Positions 27,975-37,735 of a DNA stretch of 64,000 nt are shown here, one piece after another; position 1 is the stretch's first letter; every line of letters begins with the position of its first letter. Location of the stretch: the NCBI GenBank assembly GCA_043814985.1, contig JBDRJK010000021.1:48768-112767 (forward strand), written 5' to 3'. The translations under genes and the position numbers were made by a program. The notes beneath the pieces are model-generated. The model had not been told where the DNA came from. It saw only the letters and a list, made by a program, of their open reading frames with translations, and searched no databases. Source of the DNA: Candidatus Aenigmatarchaeota archaeon (GTDB lineage Archaea > Aenigmatarchaeota > Aenigmatarchaeia > Aenigmatarchaeales > Aenigmatarchaeaceae).

Positions 27975-28389
27975 TTTTATCGCTCTGCCTTAGGAAATAC
28001 AAAGAGATTATTGCTATGATAATTCCTATAAAATTTTGAAGTGTTACTTTCTCTCCTAAAAACAAGATTAAGAGTATAACTAATACAGCATTATTCAAGC
28101 TCATAATAGGGAAAAACATTGAGGCCGATATCTTCTTCAGCGATTCTATCACCGAAGTTGTGTGTAGGGAAAAGAAAACTCCGTTAATGACTGCTGCAAC
28201 TAAACCTATTATCGTGATTGTTGAAATCCCGTAAAATAATATCATTAAAAAAGAAATGACAGAGACTGTTAGCATGTAATATATAGTAGTTAGGTTTCTA
28301 TCACAATTCTTCATTGCTGCATATTTTAAAAGCAAGCCTTGTACTGAATACATTCCTAGAGACAACAAAGCAAAGTAATACCAGTCCAT
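27958..28389 (-). CDS. EamA transporter, N-terminal half
   Basis: About 5 TM segments; S..FP and LFLGEKVT. Confidence 0.7.
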   Translation of the reverse strand: MDWYYFALLSLGMYSVQGLLLKYAAMKNCDRNLTTIYYMLTVSVISFLMILFYGISTITIIGLVAAVINGVFFSLHTTSVIESLKKISASMFFPIMSLNNAVLVILLILFLGEKVTLQNFIGIIIAIISLYFLRQSDKNEKRA

Positions 28390-28448
28390 TTTTTCCTACC
28401 TCTCGCGACTCAATTATATATAAATAAGTCCGGCTCTATAAATGTTGT

Positions 28449-28775
28449 ATGCCTCAGGAAAGTATCATGATGAGAAGGCTGGTAGCTGTTGAGAAGAGAA
28501 TAGAAGAAATCCAGCCAGAGTTAGATGTCAGGGTGAGGCTGATGGGAACTGTCATTGATGTGGCTCATAATTCTATTGTGATTGATGATGGTTCTGGAAA
28601 AATTGACATATCCTTTGAGAGGGATCCCTTAGTCAAGGAGGGACAGCTGGTAAGAGTGATAACAAGGGTGCTGCCCCTGATAGACGGCTTCCAGTGCAGG
28701 GGAGAGGCTGTTCAAACTCTGGACGGATTTAATATAGATTTATATAATAAAGCCAAAGAAATAGCTAAGAGATGA
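28449..28775 (+). CDS. Single OB-fold protein (RPA small subunit-like)
   Basis: VRVRLMGTV, IDDGSGKI and GQLVRVI; directly upstream of PCNA. Confidence 0.7.
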   Translation: MPQESIMMRRLVAVEKRIEEIQPELDVRVRLMGTVIDVAHNSIVIDDGSGKIDISFERDPLVKEGQLVRVITRVLPLIDGFQCRGEAVQTLDGFNIDLYNKAKEIAKR

Positions 28776-28779
28776 TTAA

Positions 28780-29532
28780 ATGTTTAGGGCTGTTACAAAA
28801 GATTCGAAATTGTTAAGGGACTGTATTGATACTATTTCACAGTTGATAGATGATGGTCTGTTCAAGCTGAAAAAGGATGGCATAGAGCTGATAGCAGCTG
28901 ACCGAGCGACTGTTTCTTTTGTTGACTTTAAATTAAAATCAACGGCATTCGATGAGTACGAGTGCGATGCTGTCACGAGCATAGGAGTGAACTTGTTGAG
29001 TCTGTTGACAATTCTTAAGAGAGCCAATTCTAATGACAAGATGACCTTGAATTTGGATGAGAAAGAAAACAAGTTTGAAGTCATTCTTGAGGGAGACTCA
29101 AAGAGGAAGTTTGCCATTCCCTTATTGGAACTGAGAAGGGACGAGGTCCCGCAGGTTGACAAGCTGGAGTTCACTGCAGATGCTGAGGTCAGTGCAAAGG
29201 TGATCGAGCAGGGAATAAACGACGCTGACATAATTGCAGACTCAATTATACTCGAACTGTCTGAGAACAACTTAAGGATGTCTGCTTCTGGCAACAGCAG
29301 CAAGAGTGAGATGAAGCTTTTCAAAGGAACTGATGTTCTGACCAAACTCAATGCCAAGGAACTGGTAAGTTCGAGATATTCAATAGACTACCTGAAGAAA
29401 ATGATAAAGGGCTCAAGGATAAACGACAAGGTGAAGTTAATGCTTGGAAAAGACTTCCCTCTGAAGATGAGCTTTGAAGGCAAAGACGCTTCTTTGAACA
29501 TTGTGCTTGCTCCTAGGGTTTCAGAAGAGTAA
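28780..29532 (+). CDS. pcn: DNA sliding clamp PCNA
   Basis: A.DR..VS.V, YSIDYLKK, DFPL and LAPR motifs; 250 aa. Confidence 0.96.
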   Translation: MFRAVTKDSKLLRDCIDTISQLIDDGLFKLKKDGIELIAADRATVSFVDFKLKSTAFDEYECDAVTSIGVNLLSLLTILKRANSNDKMTLNLDEKENKFEVILEGDSKRKFAIPLLELRRDEVPQVDKLEFTADAEVSAKVIEQGINDADIIADSIILELSENNLRMSASGNSSKSEMKLFKGTDVLTKLNAKELVSSRYSIDYLKKMIKGSRINDKVKLMLGKDFPLKMSFEGKDASLNIVLAPRVSEE

Positions 29533-29634
29533 TCAGAAAATAAACTCTGAGGAGAATATTGCTATAATCAGAATTGCTACTAAAGTTAATACTGCTAAAG
29601 AGACAGCCAGCATGATTTTCTTCACTTGTTTCAT
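29533..29634 (-). CDS. Putative 33-aa single-TM peptide
   Basis: Read manually: MKQVKKIMLAVSLAVLTLVAILIIAIFSSEFIF; starts 2 nt after the TPM gene stop. Confidence 0.5.
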   Translation of the reverse strand: MKQVKKIMLAVSLAVLTLVAILIIAIFSSEFIF

Positions 29635-29636
29635 AA

Positions 29637-30458
29637 CTACCATCCACCAGAAGCCCCACCACCACCTGATGAGCCTCCACCGAATCCACCGCCGCTGAAA
29701 CCGCCTCCACTTCTTCCACTTCCTCTAGAACCGACAAAGAATATCAACCACCAAGGAACCCTGCTCCTCTTCTTCTTTGTTTTCATCTTGCATTTTATGC
29801 ATTCACAAATAACATAATCTCCTTCAACGTGGCATTTCATCCTTCCACCGCACTTGGGGCATTTGGGAGTAGCAAACATAGAAGCAAAAACCATGATAAA
29901 AGGAATGAAGACAAATATCAATATAATTATCACTGGTATGACATTTTCAACATCTATTTGTTCAGAAATAAAGGAAGTGTCCCCGCTGTTCTGGATGACC
30001 TGATAAACAGCATCAACAGCATCATACAGACCATCCCCGTATCTTTCCTCTTTGAAGGCAGGTGTCATATAGGTCGTTCCAATCAAGCTTGCTGTTGAGT
30101 CAGTAATAATAGGTTCAAGACCATAGCCAACCTCTAACCTCCATCTCCTATCATTAATCGCAACAACAATCAACAGACCATTATCCTTGTCCTCAAAACC
30201 AATTCCGGCTTTTTCAAAGACTTCAACAGCATATTGCTCTATTGTTGATGGCTCTGTTGTGTCAACAACTAAGACAGCTATCTGGACTGTTGTGTTCTCC
30301 TCTATGTGAGCAGCTAAGGCGTTTATCCTGGCTATGTCCGAAGATGTCAGAACATTGGCATTATCATTAACATATTTCTGCAAAGTAGGAATTTCTTGAG
30401 CAATAGCAATAGAGGAAATAAAAACTAGAAACATTAGGCAAAATACAATCTTTCTCAT
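29637..30458 (-). CDS. TPM-domain (YgcG-like) membrane protein with a Zn ribbon and Gly-rich tail
   Basis: YVNDNA.VL, DNGLL, RLEVGYGLE and GGGFSGGG..GGGASGGW. Confidence 0.9.
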   Translation of the reverse strand: MRKIVFCLMFLVFISSIAIAQEIPTLQKYVNDNANVLTSSDIARINALAAHIEENTTVQIAVLVVDTTEPSTIEQYAVEVFEKAGIGFEDKDNGLLIVVAINDRRWRLEVGYGLEPIITDSTASLIGTTYMTPAFKEERYGDGLYDAVDAVYQVIQNSGDTSFISEQIDVENVIPVIIILIFVFIPFIMVFASMFATPKCPKCGGRMKCHVEGDYVICECIKCKMKTKKKRSRVPWWLIFFVGSRGSGRSGGGFSGGGFGGGSSGGGGASGGW

Positions 30459-30466
30459 CTAAAAAC

Positions 30467-31054
30467 CTATGTAATAGTCAAGTTGACTACTGGGGCAATT
30501 TCTGCTCCTTCCTGTGATTCAAAGTAAGGTCTCTGACTGAAGCCGAACATGTTTGCAAACATATTTGAAGGGAATGTTAAAACTGCAGTGTTGTATTGTC
30601 TTACCCTATCATTGAATCTCATTCTTTCCACAGCAATCCTGTTCTCTGTTCCTTCCAGATTAATCATCAAAGAAGCTATAGGTTGTGATGCCTGCAATGT
30701 TGGATAACTCTCGAAAACAGCTATCAATCTTCCTAAAGCTGAATCCAAGGCATTTCCAATATTAACTTTGTCATCAGTGTTCGTTGTTGATCCCCACTGG
30801 CTTCTCAATGCTGTAATCTCTTCTAACAAGTCTTTTTCGAATTGCATGTAGCCTTTTGCAGTGTTTATCAGGTTGGGTATTAAATCTATTCTCCTCTGAT
30901 ATTGTGTCTCAACCTGAGCCCACTGGTTCTCTATTTGCTGGTTCAGTGTAATGAAGTTGTTGTATGCTCCAATTATCCAAAAAGCTATTACTGCAATTAC
31001 AACCAGTACCAAGAACCAAGGTTTCATATAGAATGGTTTGTCCTTTTTGACCAT
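30467..31054 (-). CDS. lemA: LemA family protein
   Basis: YQRR.DLIPNL, YP.L, LEGTENRIAVER and FPSN motifs. Confidence 0.95.
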   Translation of the reverse strand: MVKKDKPFYMKPWFLVLVVIAVIAFWIIGAYNNFITLNQQIENQWAQVETQYQRRIDLIPNLINTAKGYMQFEKDLLEEITALRSQWGSTTNTDDKVNIGNALDSALGRLIAVFESYPTLQASQPIASLMINLEGTENRIAVERMRFNDRVRQYNTAVLTFPSNMFANMFGFSQRPYFESQEGAEIAPVVNLTIT

Positions 31055-31134
31055 AAGAATTATTCTCTTGCATAGTTTAAAAGCATTTTTATCAGGATTT
31101 AAGGCTTAAATTATTAATTGTTCAATAGTCCTCT

Positions 31135-31416
31135 ATGGATTTAATAGAAAGGGAAAAGAGGGCCTTAAATTGTCGTCCTATTTTAGAATCACTTATTTCA
31201 AGTACAGACAAAAGTACATCTACTCAAGTTATCTACGAAGCATCACAGGCTTCTAATCCTACAATAACACGTTCGGCTTTAAAGGATTATTTAAACTTCT
31301 TAGAAGAAGAACGATTGATAAAACCAACAGATTCGGGCAAAAATGGGTATAGACTATTGGGAACAGGGGTAACAGCTCTGAAAGCGATGAAAGAACTTGA
31401 CAGGGCCTTTCGTTAA
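31135..31416 (+). CDS. Small winged-helix protein
   Basis: YLNFLEEERLI...YRLL..G..AL pattern. Confidence 0.6.
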   Translation: MDLIEREKRALNCRPILESLISSTDKSTSTQVIYEASQASNPTITRSALKDYLNFLEEERLIKPTDSGKNGYRLLGTGVTALKAMKELDRAFR

Positions 31417-31490
31417 AAAAGGGTTATAACTTCTCGTAAACAGCAGCAAGTTTTAAAATCTTTATATTATTTGGCAAGAAATTAGTCTAC

Positions 31491-32420
31491 ATGACGAATG
31501 TAAAAGATTTCACTCCGAAAAAGCAGACTGTCGACGAGCTAGTAAAGCAGCTAAAGGACACATCATTCAATGCCAGAAACCTAGGGAACTCTGTGGATAT
31601 TCTGGAAGACATGATAAAGGATAAGGGCTGTGTCAAGTTTTTGGGCTTGTCCGGGGCTTTGGTGCCTGCTGGAATGAGAAGATGCATTGTGGAGATGATA
31701 AGAAACAAGTGGATTAATGTGATTGTTTCCACAGGAGCCAATATAACACATGACTTGGCAATTTCTCTTGGAGGTGAGCAATACATACAGTGCAATCCTG
31801 ATGCTGCTGATGATTGTAAGATGCGCAAAAGTGAAACCAGTAGGATTTATGACATTGCGTCGCCAGATAAGAGCTCGGTTGACTTTGAGGAAGGAATCCA
31901 AAAGATTCTAAAAACAATAAAAGGCAAAAAGCTTTCAACCTACGAGTTGATGGAGGAAATAGGCAAAAAAATAGAGGACGAGAACTCCATAGTGAAAGCT
32001 GCTGCAGAAAACGGCGTTAAAATCATAATACCTGCTTTTTTTGATTCCATTCTAGGCTTCCAGATTTGGATGTACTCACAGGACAATGAGCTTTTGATTG
32101 ATGAAAGAAAGGACTTGGACTTCCTAATTAACATGCATTATGATTTGAAGAGCAATGGAAAGAACAGCGGGGCTTTGTTGCTTGGGGGCGGCGTTCCCAA
32201 GAACTATATTTTGCAGGCAGTAATCATTCCAGACAAACCTCACAAGTACGTGATTCAGGTGACCACGGACGTTCCGCATTACGGGGGGCTCTCAGGAGCG
32301 AGTCTAGACGAGGCAAAAAGCTGGGGAAAGGTGAATGAGAAGTCCAGACTATGCTGTGTTTACTGCGATGCGACCATTGCATTGCCAATAATGGTGTCTT
32401 CTTTGAAAGAAAGGATTTAA
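31491..32420 (+). CDS. dys: Deoxyhypusine synthase
   Basis: STGAN.THD, LGGGVPKN, GGLSGA...EAKSWGK and DATIALP motifs. Confidence 0.93.
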   Translation: MTNVKDFTPKKQTVDELVKQLKDTSFNARNLGNSVDILEDMIKDKGCVKFLGLSGALVPAGMRRCIVEMIRNKWINVIVSTGANITHDLAISLGGEQYIQCNPDAADDCKMRKSETSRIYDIASPDKSSVDFEEGIQKILKTIKGKKLSTYELMEEIGKKIEDENSIVKAAAENGVKIIIPAFFDSILGFQIWMYSQDNELLIDERKDLDFLINMHYDLKSNGKNSGALLLGGGVPKNYILQAVIIPDKPHKYVIQVTTDVPHYGGLSGASLDEAKSWGKVNEKSRLCCVYCDATIALPIMVSSLKERI

Positions 32421-32437
32421 GCTCTTAAAACTTTATA

Positions 32438-33691
32438 ATGGTTATGAATCAGTTTGAGGTCATCAAATACTATTCTAGGCCTGATATACAGAAGAAAATG
32501 ATAGAAATAGCCAAGAACAGGGAGGTTGTCGGTTCGTTGAAGGACGGTTCCTTTTTGAGCAGGCCTGACATACTTTTGTATCCAAAGGACATTGAGGAAA
32601 GGGCAAAAATGGGCGTTGTTGCGTTTCATTGTTCTGTTGAAAGATGGACCCAGCCAATGCAGTTGTCCACTGGTTTAAGCCCAAAGGATTTGGACAACAT
32701 GAGAAAGGGTTTTGACTTTATTCTAGACATCGATGCCAAGGCAAAGCTGGAACATGCTATTGTGGGAACCAGAGTAGCTTATAATTTCCTGAAGGATTTG
32801 GGAATCAAGCCAACTATAAAGTTCTCCGGTTCAAGGGGTTTTCACATCTCCATATCCAGCGAGGCATTTCCAGAGAAAATTGACTTCCAGGAGACCAAGA
32901 ACAAGTATCCGGAAATACCACAGACAATAGCAGACTATCTCAGAGAAAAGATAAAGGATCAGTTATTAGAAGAATTAATAGCTATGGAAGGAGGCGTTGC
33001 TTCTCTGGTTAATACAGTCCCATCTGTGACCAAGCTTTCTCCTTATGAGTTCATAGAATTTGAAAAGGATTGGGGCAACCGACATCTTTTCAGGATGCCT
33101 TACTCCTTGCATCCGAAGTTCTGGCTCGTTTCAATGCCATTGAAGATTGGGGATTTGAAGAGTTTCAACAGACTAAAAGCAAAGCCGGAAAATGTCAAGA
33201 CCAATGCTGATTTTCTTGTCAACAAGGAAGGCGAGGCAACTGAATTATTGCTAAAATCGCTTGACTGGAAGGCCAAGCAGCCAAAAGAAATCAAGAAAGA
33301 TGTCAAAATTAGAAGGAAGCTCAATACACCGATTCCAGAGGAATACTTCCCACCATGCATAAAGCTGATACTGAAGGGAATTCCTGATGGAAAGAAGAGA
33401 TCACTATTCTCCTTGTCAACTTTCCTGCGGGCCATGAACTGGAACCAGGAAGAAATAGAGAAAAGGATGATAGAATGGAACAAGAACAACTCACCCCCTT
33501 TGGTTGAGAGGTCTGTTAGGACGCAACTGAAATGGCACTCCAGGCAGAGCAGGGAGCTGATGCCTGCCAACTGCAATTCAGGCACGTTCTACACATCCTT
33601 GGGGGTCTGCAAGCCTGACAGGAACTGCAAGAAGAACCCTGTCAATTACCCCTTCATGCTTATGAAAAGGAATAAAAAGTTAAGAAAGTAA
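32438..33691 (+). CDS. Fused DNA primase (PriS catalytic domain plus PriL Fe-S domain)
   Basis: DFILDID, KFSGSRGFH and RHLFRMPYSLH, then FPPCI...ANC...C...C..NP. Confidence 0.9.
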   Translation: MVMNQFEVIKYYSRPDIQKKMIEIAKNREVVGSLKDGSFLSRPDILLYPKDIEERAKMGVVAFHCSVERWTQPMQLSTGLSPKDLDNMRKGFDFILDIDAKAKLEHAIVGTRVAYNFLKDLGIKPTIKFSGSRGFHISISSEAFPEKIDFQETKNKYPEIPQTIADYLREKIKDQLLEELIAMEGGVASLVNTVPSVTKLSPYEFIEFEKDWGNRHLFRMPYSLHPKFWLVSMPLKIGDLKSFNRLKAKPENVKTNADFLVNKEGEATELLLKSLDWKAKQPKEIKKDVKIRRKLNTPIPEEYFPPCIKLILKGIPDGKKRSLFSLSTFLRAMNWNQEEIEKRMIEWNKNNSPPLVERSVRTQLKWHSRQSRELMPANCNSGTFYTSLGVCKPDRNCKKNPVNYPFMLMKRNKKLRK

Positions 33692-33699
33692 GTGGTCTT

Positions 33700-34299
33700 A
33701 TGGAACTAATAACATACGAGACAATAAGGAGCGCTCACAGGGCTGAGAAGGACGACGAGTTGCAGAAACTGCCAGACGGCTTCTTTGAGTCTGTTAAGAA
33801 CTGGTTTAAGCACAAGGAAAAGATGAAAGACACTACCTCTTTGTTGGAGGTAGAGAACGCCAAGAAGCTTCTGGAAGACGTAATAAACAGGAGGCAGAAA
33901 AAAGTTGTTCTATCTGCCCTAAGAACTGTCAGGGGCGACTTGCCGCCAACAAATCTGAACGACGAGGAGAGGAAGTTCTTCGACCAGACAGTAAGCATAT
34001 TAAAAGATTTCAGGAACAATATGAAAGAGAAATTTAGAAGCTACGAGGACATAGTCGAGGAAAAGATAGAAGAGGCCAAGAAAAGCGTTGAGGAATTAAA
34101 ACCAAAGGAAATGGTTGAACAAAAGCTTATAAAACCCGACGATAAACTAATGGTTAAAATATTGAGCGATTTGCCAAGGTTTGTGGGATCCAACCTTGAA
34201 TCCTACGGACCTCTGAGGGCGGGTGATGTTATAACCCTGCCAGAGGATGTAGGCAATGTCCTGTTGACAAGAAAGGTCGCTGAAAACATTTTAGAGTGA
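33700..34299 (+). CDS. GINS subunit (Gins15/51)
   Basis: LQKLP..FF, R..KVV..A, FVG.NL..YGP..GD...LP; conserved gene context. Confidence 0.88.
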   Translation: MELITYETIRSAHRAEKDDELQKLPDGFFESVKNWFKHKEKMKDTTSLLEVENAKKLLEDVINRRQKKVVLSALRTVRGDLPPTNLNDEERKFFDQTVSILKDFRNNMKEKFRSYEDIVEEKIEEAKKSVEELKPKEMVEQKLIKPDDKLMVKILSDLPRFVGSNLESYGPLRAGDVITLPEDVGNVLLTRKVAENILE

Positions 34300-34303
34300 T
34301 AGT

Positions 34304-34594
34304 ATGGACATACCAAAAACACAAAAAAGATACTGCCCGTTTTGCAGGAAGCACACCGAGCACACAATAAGAAGGATTGGTGTGGGAAAGAAGAGAAGGA
34401 AAATGGCTCAGGGTGAGAGAAGAGTTGATAGAAAAAAGAAGGGCTTTGGGAGCTTTCCCAAGTCAAACCCAAAGGGAAGAGCAAAACCAACAAGAAAGCT
34501 TGACCTGAGGTACAAGTGCAAGGATTGCAAGAAGGAGCACACAATCGGGCAGGGTTTCAGGATAAAAAAATTCGAGCTTAAGAAGAAATTATAA
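34304..34594 (+). CDS. rpl44e: 50S ribosomal protein L44e (eL42)
   Basis: YCPFCRKHT.H and KPTRKLDLRYKC..C motifs. Confidence 0.95.
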   Translation: MDIPKTQKRYCPFCRKHTEHTIRRIGVGKKRRKMAQGERRVDRKKKGFGSFPKSNPKGRAKPTRKLDLRYKCKDCKKEHTIGQGFRIKKFELKKKL

Positions 34595-34779
34595 TGAAAA
34601 AAACAATTCCAAAAACAAAGAGCAAGTTTTTGAAAGTCGTCTGCACCAAGTGCAGCAACGAGCAGGTGATTTTCAACAAGGCCACTACCAATGTTAAGTG
34701 CTTAGTTTGCGGTGAAGAATTGTCAAGCGCAACAGGCGGAAAGGCCAAGATAAAGTCAAAGGTTCTTCAAGTTCTCTAA
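34594..34779 (+). CDS. rps27e: 30S ribosomal protein S27e
   Basis: SKFLKV.C..C.NEQ.IF...C..CG...TGGKA. Confidence 0.95.
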   Translation: MKKTIPKTKSKFLKVVCTKCSNEQVIFNKATTNVKCLVCGEELSSATGGKAKIKSKVLQVL

Positions 34780-35891
34780 TCATAATTGTATGTTCTATGT
34801 TTCAAACGCTTTTGGAAGCGTTCATCTGCTTTTCTTACATCATCCAAACCTGCAAGCAGTCCTTGGGATGTTTCCCTAAGACCAGCTCCAGGGCCGCACA
34901 CAAACCACTGTTTTCCTTCCCAAGATTCTGGATAAATTGTTACAGCATTATCTGTACCTTTGGAATTGGAAATATTATCATCTTTTGGAATTTCTTCGAA
35001 CCCTATTTTATATTCTTTCTTTTCAAAGTCAAGATGAGCGACATATTCTAGTTTACAGTTCTTATTTTTTGCTTCTTTAACCCTTTGTGCAAACTTTTCA
35101 TCAATTATACTAATACCTTTCATAAATTCTTCAACAGAAACATCCATCAGTTCATCTGGAACAATTTTTTCAACTTTTATCTCCTCTTCCTTGATATTGA
35201 TGCCGGCTGTTCTAGCAATTGTGATAGCTTTTCTTTCGGCGTCTTTACCACTAAGATCATCGCGTGGATTAGGCTCAGTGTAAAAATTATCTTTAGCCTC
35301 TTTCAGAGCAACAGAAAGAGGTACACCTTTGTTGATTCTTCCTGAGATATATTTCATTGTACCGCTCAAACAACCTACAACACGTTTAATGCCGCGGGCA
35401 GATTCTCTAAATTCTTCAACTTTTGTTGGAACACCTAAATTGGCACTGACAATTACCCTATAATCTATTATTCTACCCCTCTCATTCGCAGTGTTAATTA
35501 ATTTTTTGAAATCCTCATAATCACTGTCAGCAAAGGGAATCTTATTAGCACTGACTACATCTTTATTTTTCTTTAATGCATTCATCTGGGTTTCATAAGT
35601 TTTTGCGCTTGTTGCATCAACAAGAACGTTAATATCATCAAATGAATCTTCAATCCTTTCTAAGTATTCAACTCCTTCACCTTCATAATCCTTTAGTTTT
35701 TTTCCTTCCTTTTTGAAAGACATGAGTTCCTTTAGCTCTTTCTTTGAAAAACCGTCTTTTTTTCTTATTACACCACTTCTGTCAGAAAGAGAAGTTATAA
35801 CATATTCAACATGATTTGGATTTTCAGATTCTATGATTTGATCAGCCAACTTACGCCCAACATGTCCAAATCCATGTATTCCAATTTTCAT
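34776..35891 (-). CDS. Homoserine dehydrogenase-like protein (divergent)
   Basis: GFGHVG, ANK, SGT, TEPNPRDDLSG.D..RK and GPGAG; probable start MKIGIHG. Confidence 0.8.
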   Translation of the reverse strand: MKIGIHGFGHVGRKLADQIIESENPNHVEYVITSLSDRSGVIRKKDGFSKKELKELMSFKKEGKKLKDYEGEGVEYLERIEDSFDDINVLVDATSAKTYETQMNALKKNKDVVSANKIPFADSDYEDFKKLINTANERGRIIDYRVIVSANLGVPTKVEEFRESARGIKRVVGCLSGTMKYISGRINKGVPLSVALKEAKDNFYTEPNPRDDLSGKDAERKAITIARTAGINIKEEEIKVEKIVPDELMDVSVEEFMKGISIIDEKFAQRVKEAKNKNCKLEYVAHLDFEKKEYKIGFEEIPKDDNISNSKGTDNAVTIYPESWEGKQWFVCGPGAGLRETSQGLLAGLDDVRKADERFQKRLKHRTYNYD

Positions 35892-35971
35892 ATCTCTTAT
35901 TAGATTAAAAGCTTTAAATCTCTTTTCCACAAAGAATAACTTTAAAAATTCTTCTATTCTATAAAGTTCTT

Positions 35972-36748
35972 ATGCCGAAAAGGGGAGAATGGCCAAGAAG
36001 TCGTGAAATAGTATTGGGAACCGTAATTAAGGTTAATCCGTTCTCTGCGTTTGTTGCTCTTGATGAGTACGACAAGAAAGAGGGCATGATTCATATTTCT
36101 GAGGTTGCTGGCAAGTGGGTAAGGGACATAAGGAAGTTTGTCAGGGTAGGCCAGAAAGTCGTTGTAATGGTCATGAGAATTGACGCGGAGAAGGGCCACA
36201 TTACTTTAAGCTTGAAGAGGGTCAAGAAGTACGACACTGAAAAGAAAATGAGGGATTACAAGAGGGAGATAAAGGCTGAGAAAATGCTCAAGACCCTGGC
36301 AGAAAAGGCCAACATTGATTTGGAAAAGGCTTATAATGAAATCGGATACCAGCTCCAGGACATTTTCGGCGAGATGTTCAAGCCGTTCCAGATGTCCCTG
36401 ACAGAAAAGGAATACGACATACTTATCAAGAAAGGCATACCCGAGAAGTGGGCAAAGCTGATAAAGGAAGTAGCGGAAGATCAGATGGAGCTAAAAGAGA
36501 CATCAATAAAGGGCGTGATAGAACTGAAATGCTACAGGCCGGATGGTGTCAACATAATCAAAAAGGTTCTTAAGGACGCCGAGAAAAAATACAATATTGA
36601 TTCAAAATATATCTCAGCCCCGAAATATTCCATATTCTTGAAGACAAAGGATGCAAAGTTAGGCGAGAAGAAGCTGAGGGAAGCTGGTGAGGAAATAATC
36701 AGTAATATCAAAAACTTTGATGGGGAAGGAAAATTAACAGTTGGTTGA
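35972..36748 (+). CDS. Translation initiation factor aIF2 alpha
   Basis: S1 domain (EGMIHISEV..WVRDIR, GHI.LSLKRV) and YISAPKY. Confidence 0.95.
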   Translation: MPKRGEWPRSREIVLGTVIKVNPFSAFVALDEYDKKEGMIHISEVAGKWVRDIRKFVRVGQKVVVMVMRIDAEKGHITLSLKRVKKYDTEKKMRDYKREIKAEKMLKTLAEKANIDLEKAYNEIGYQLQDIFGEMFKPFQMSLTEKEYDILIKKGIPEKWAKLIKEVAEDQMELKETSIKGVIELKCYRPDGVNIIKKVLKDAEKKYNIDSKYISAPKYSIFLKTKDAKLGEKKLREAGEEIISNIKNFDGEGKLTVG

Positions 36749-36931
36749 ATGCTGCTGAAGAAATGTCCTAAATGCAAGAAATACACCATGAAGGACTTAT
36801 GCTCTGAATGCAACGAACAATCAGCAAGCGCACATCCCCAGAAATTCTCCATTGAAAAAGAGAAAAAATACGGGAAATACAGAAGGCAAACATTTAAATT
36901 GAGCGAAACCAAAAGTGTTTATCATGCTTGA
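36749..36931 (+). CDS. nop10: H/ACA RNP protein Nop10
   Basis: KC..C..YT....C..C....AHP.KFS...KYGKYR. Confidence 0.92.
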   Translation: MLLKKCPKCKKYTMKDLCSECNEQSASAHPQKFSIEKEKKYGKYRRQTFKLSETKSVYHA

Positions 36932-37697
36932 GACAAAGATTATTGCTGAGAAAATACCAAAGCTGAAAAATCCTGTCTGTCTTGTCGGTCTTCCTGGAAT
37001 AGGCAACATAGGAAGGATTGCCATTGGCTACATGGTTCATGAGCTAAAGGCCAAGAAGTTTGCAGATTTATATTCACCATATTTCTTCCCGTTCGTAATG
37101 ATACACAACAACATGATTCACACTTTGAAGAACGAGTTCTACTACTACAAGGGAAAGGACAGGGATTTGATTATGCTGATAGGAGACTGCCAGACATATG
37201 ATCCCAAGGGACACTACGAGGTTGTTGGAAAAATTCTGGAGTTTCTAAAGGGTTTGGGATGCGAGCAGCTGATAACTGTTGGCGGTTTCGGGACAGGAGA
37301 AGTCTCCGAGAAACCCCAGGTTTATGGTTCTGTCACAGATACTGAAATGCTAAAAAAATACAAGAATATCGGGATTAACTTTGACATAAGCGGCCAGATA
37401 GGTACGATTGTAGGCGCTTCAGGTCTGTTAGTTGGTTTGTCTAACCTCTACGGCATAAAGGCCATGGTTCTTTTGGGAGAGACAACTGGTTTTCCAATCA
37501 TAACAGACCCCACAGCTGCTGAGGCTGTACTGAATGTGATAAAGAAGATGCTCAAGATAAAGATAGACCTTACAAAGCTGGACGAGAAAGTAAAGGCGAT
37601 GCATGACTTCATCAAGAAGCTTGAGAGCATCCAGAAGCAGGCAATAGACCAGATCAAGAAGGAAAAGAAGTCTGAAGAATTAAAGTACATAGGCTAA
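36924..37697 (+). CDS. PAC2 family proteasome assembly chaperone-like protein
   Basis: GLPGIGNIG, IVGASGLL, LLGET.G, DP.AA and C-terminal YIG. Confidence 0.9.
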   Translation: MLETKIIAEKIPKLKNPVCLVGLPGIGNIGRIAIGYMVHELKAKKFADLYSPYFFPFVMIHNNMIHTLKNEFYYYKGKDRDLIMLIGDCQTYDPKGHYEVVGKILEFLKGLGCEQLITVGGFGTGEVSEKPQVYGSVTDTEMLKKYKNIGINFDISGQIGTIVGASGLLVGLSNLYGIKAMVLLGETTGFPIITDPTAAEAVLNVIKKMLKIKIDLTKLDEKVKAMHDFIKKLESIQKQAIDQIKKEKKSEELKYIG

Positions 37698-37735
37698 TTC
37701 TGCAGTATTTTATATTTAGAATTCATTATATCTTT

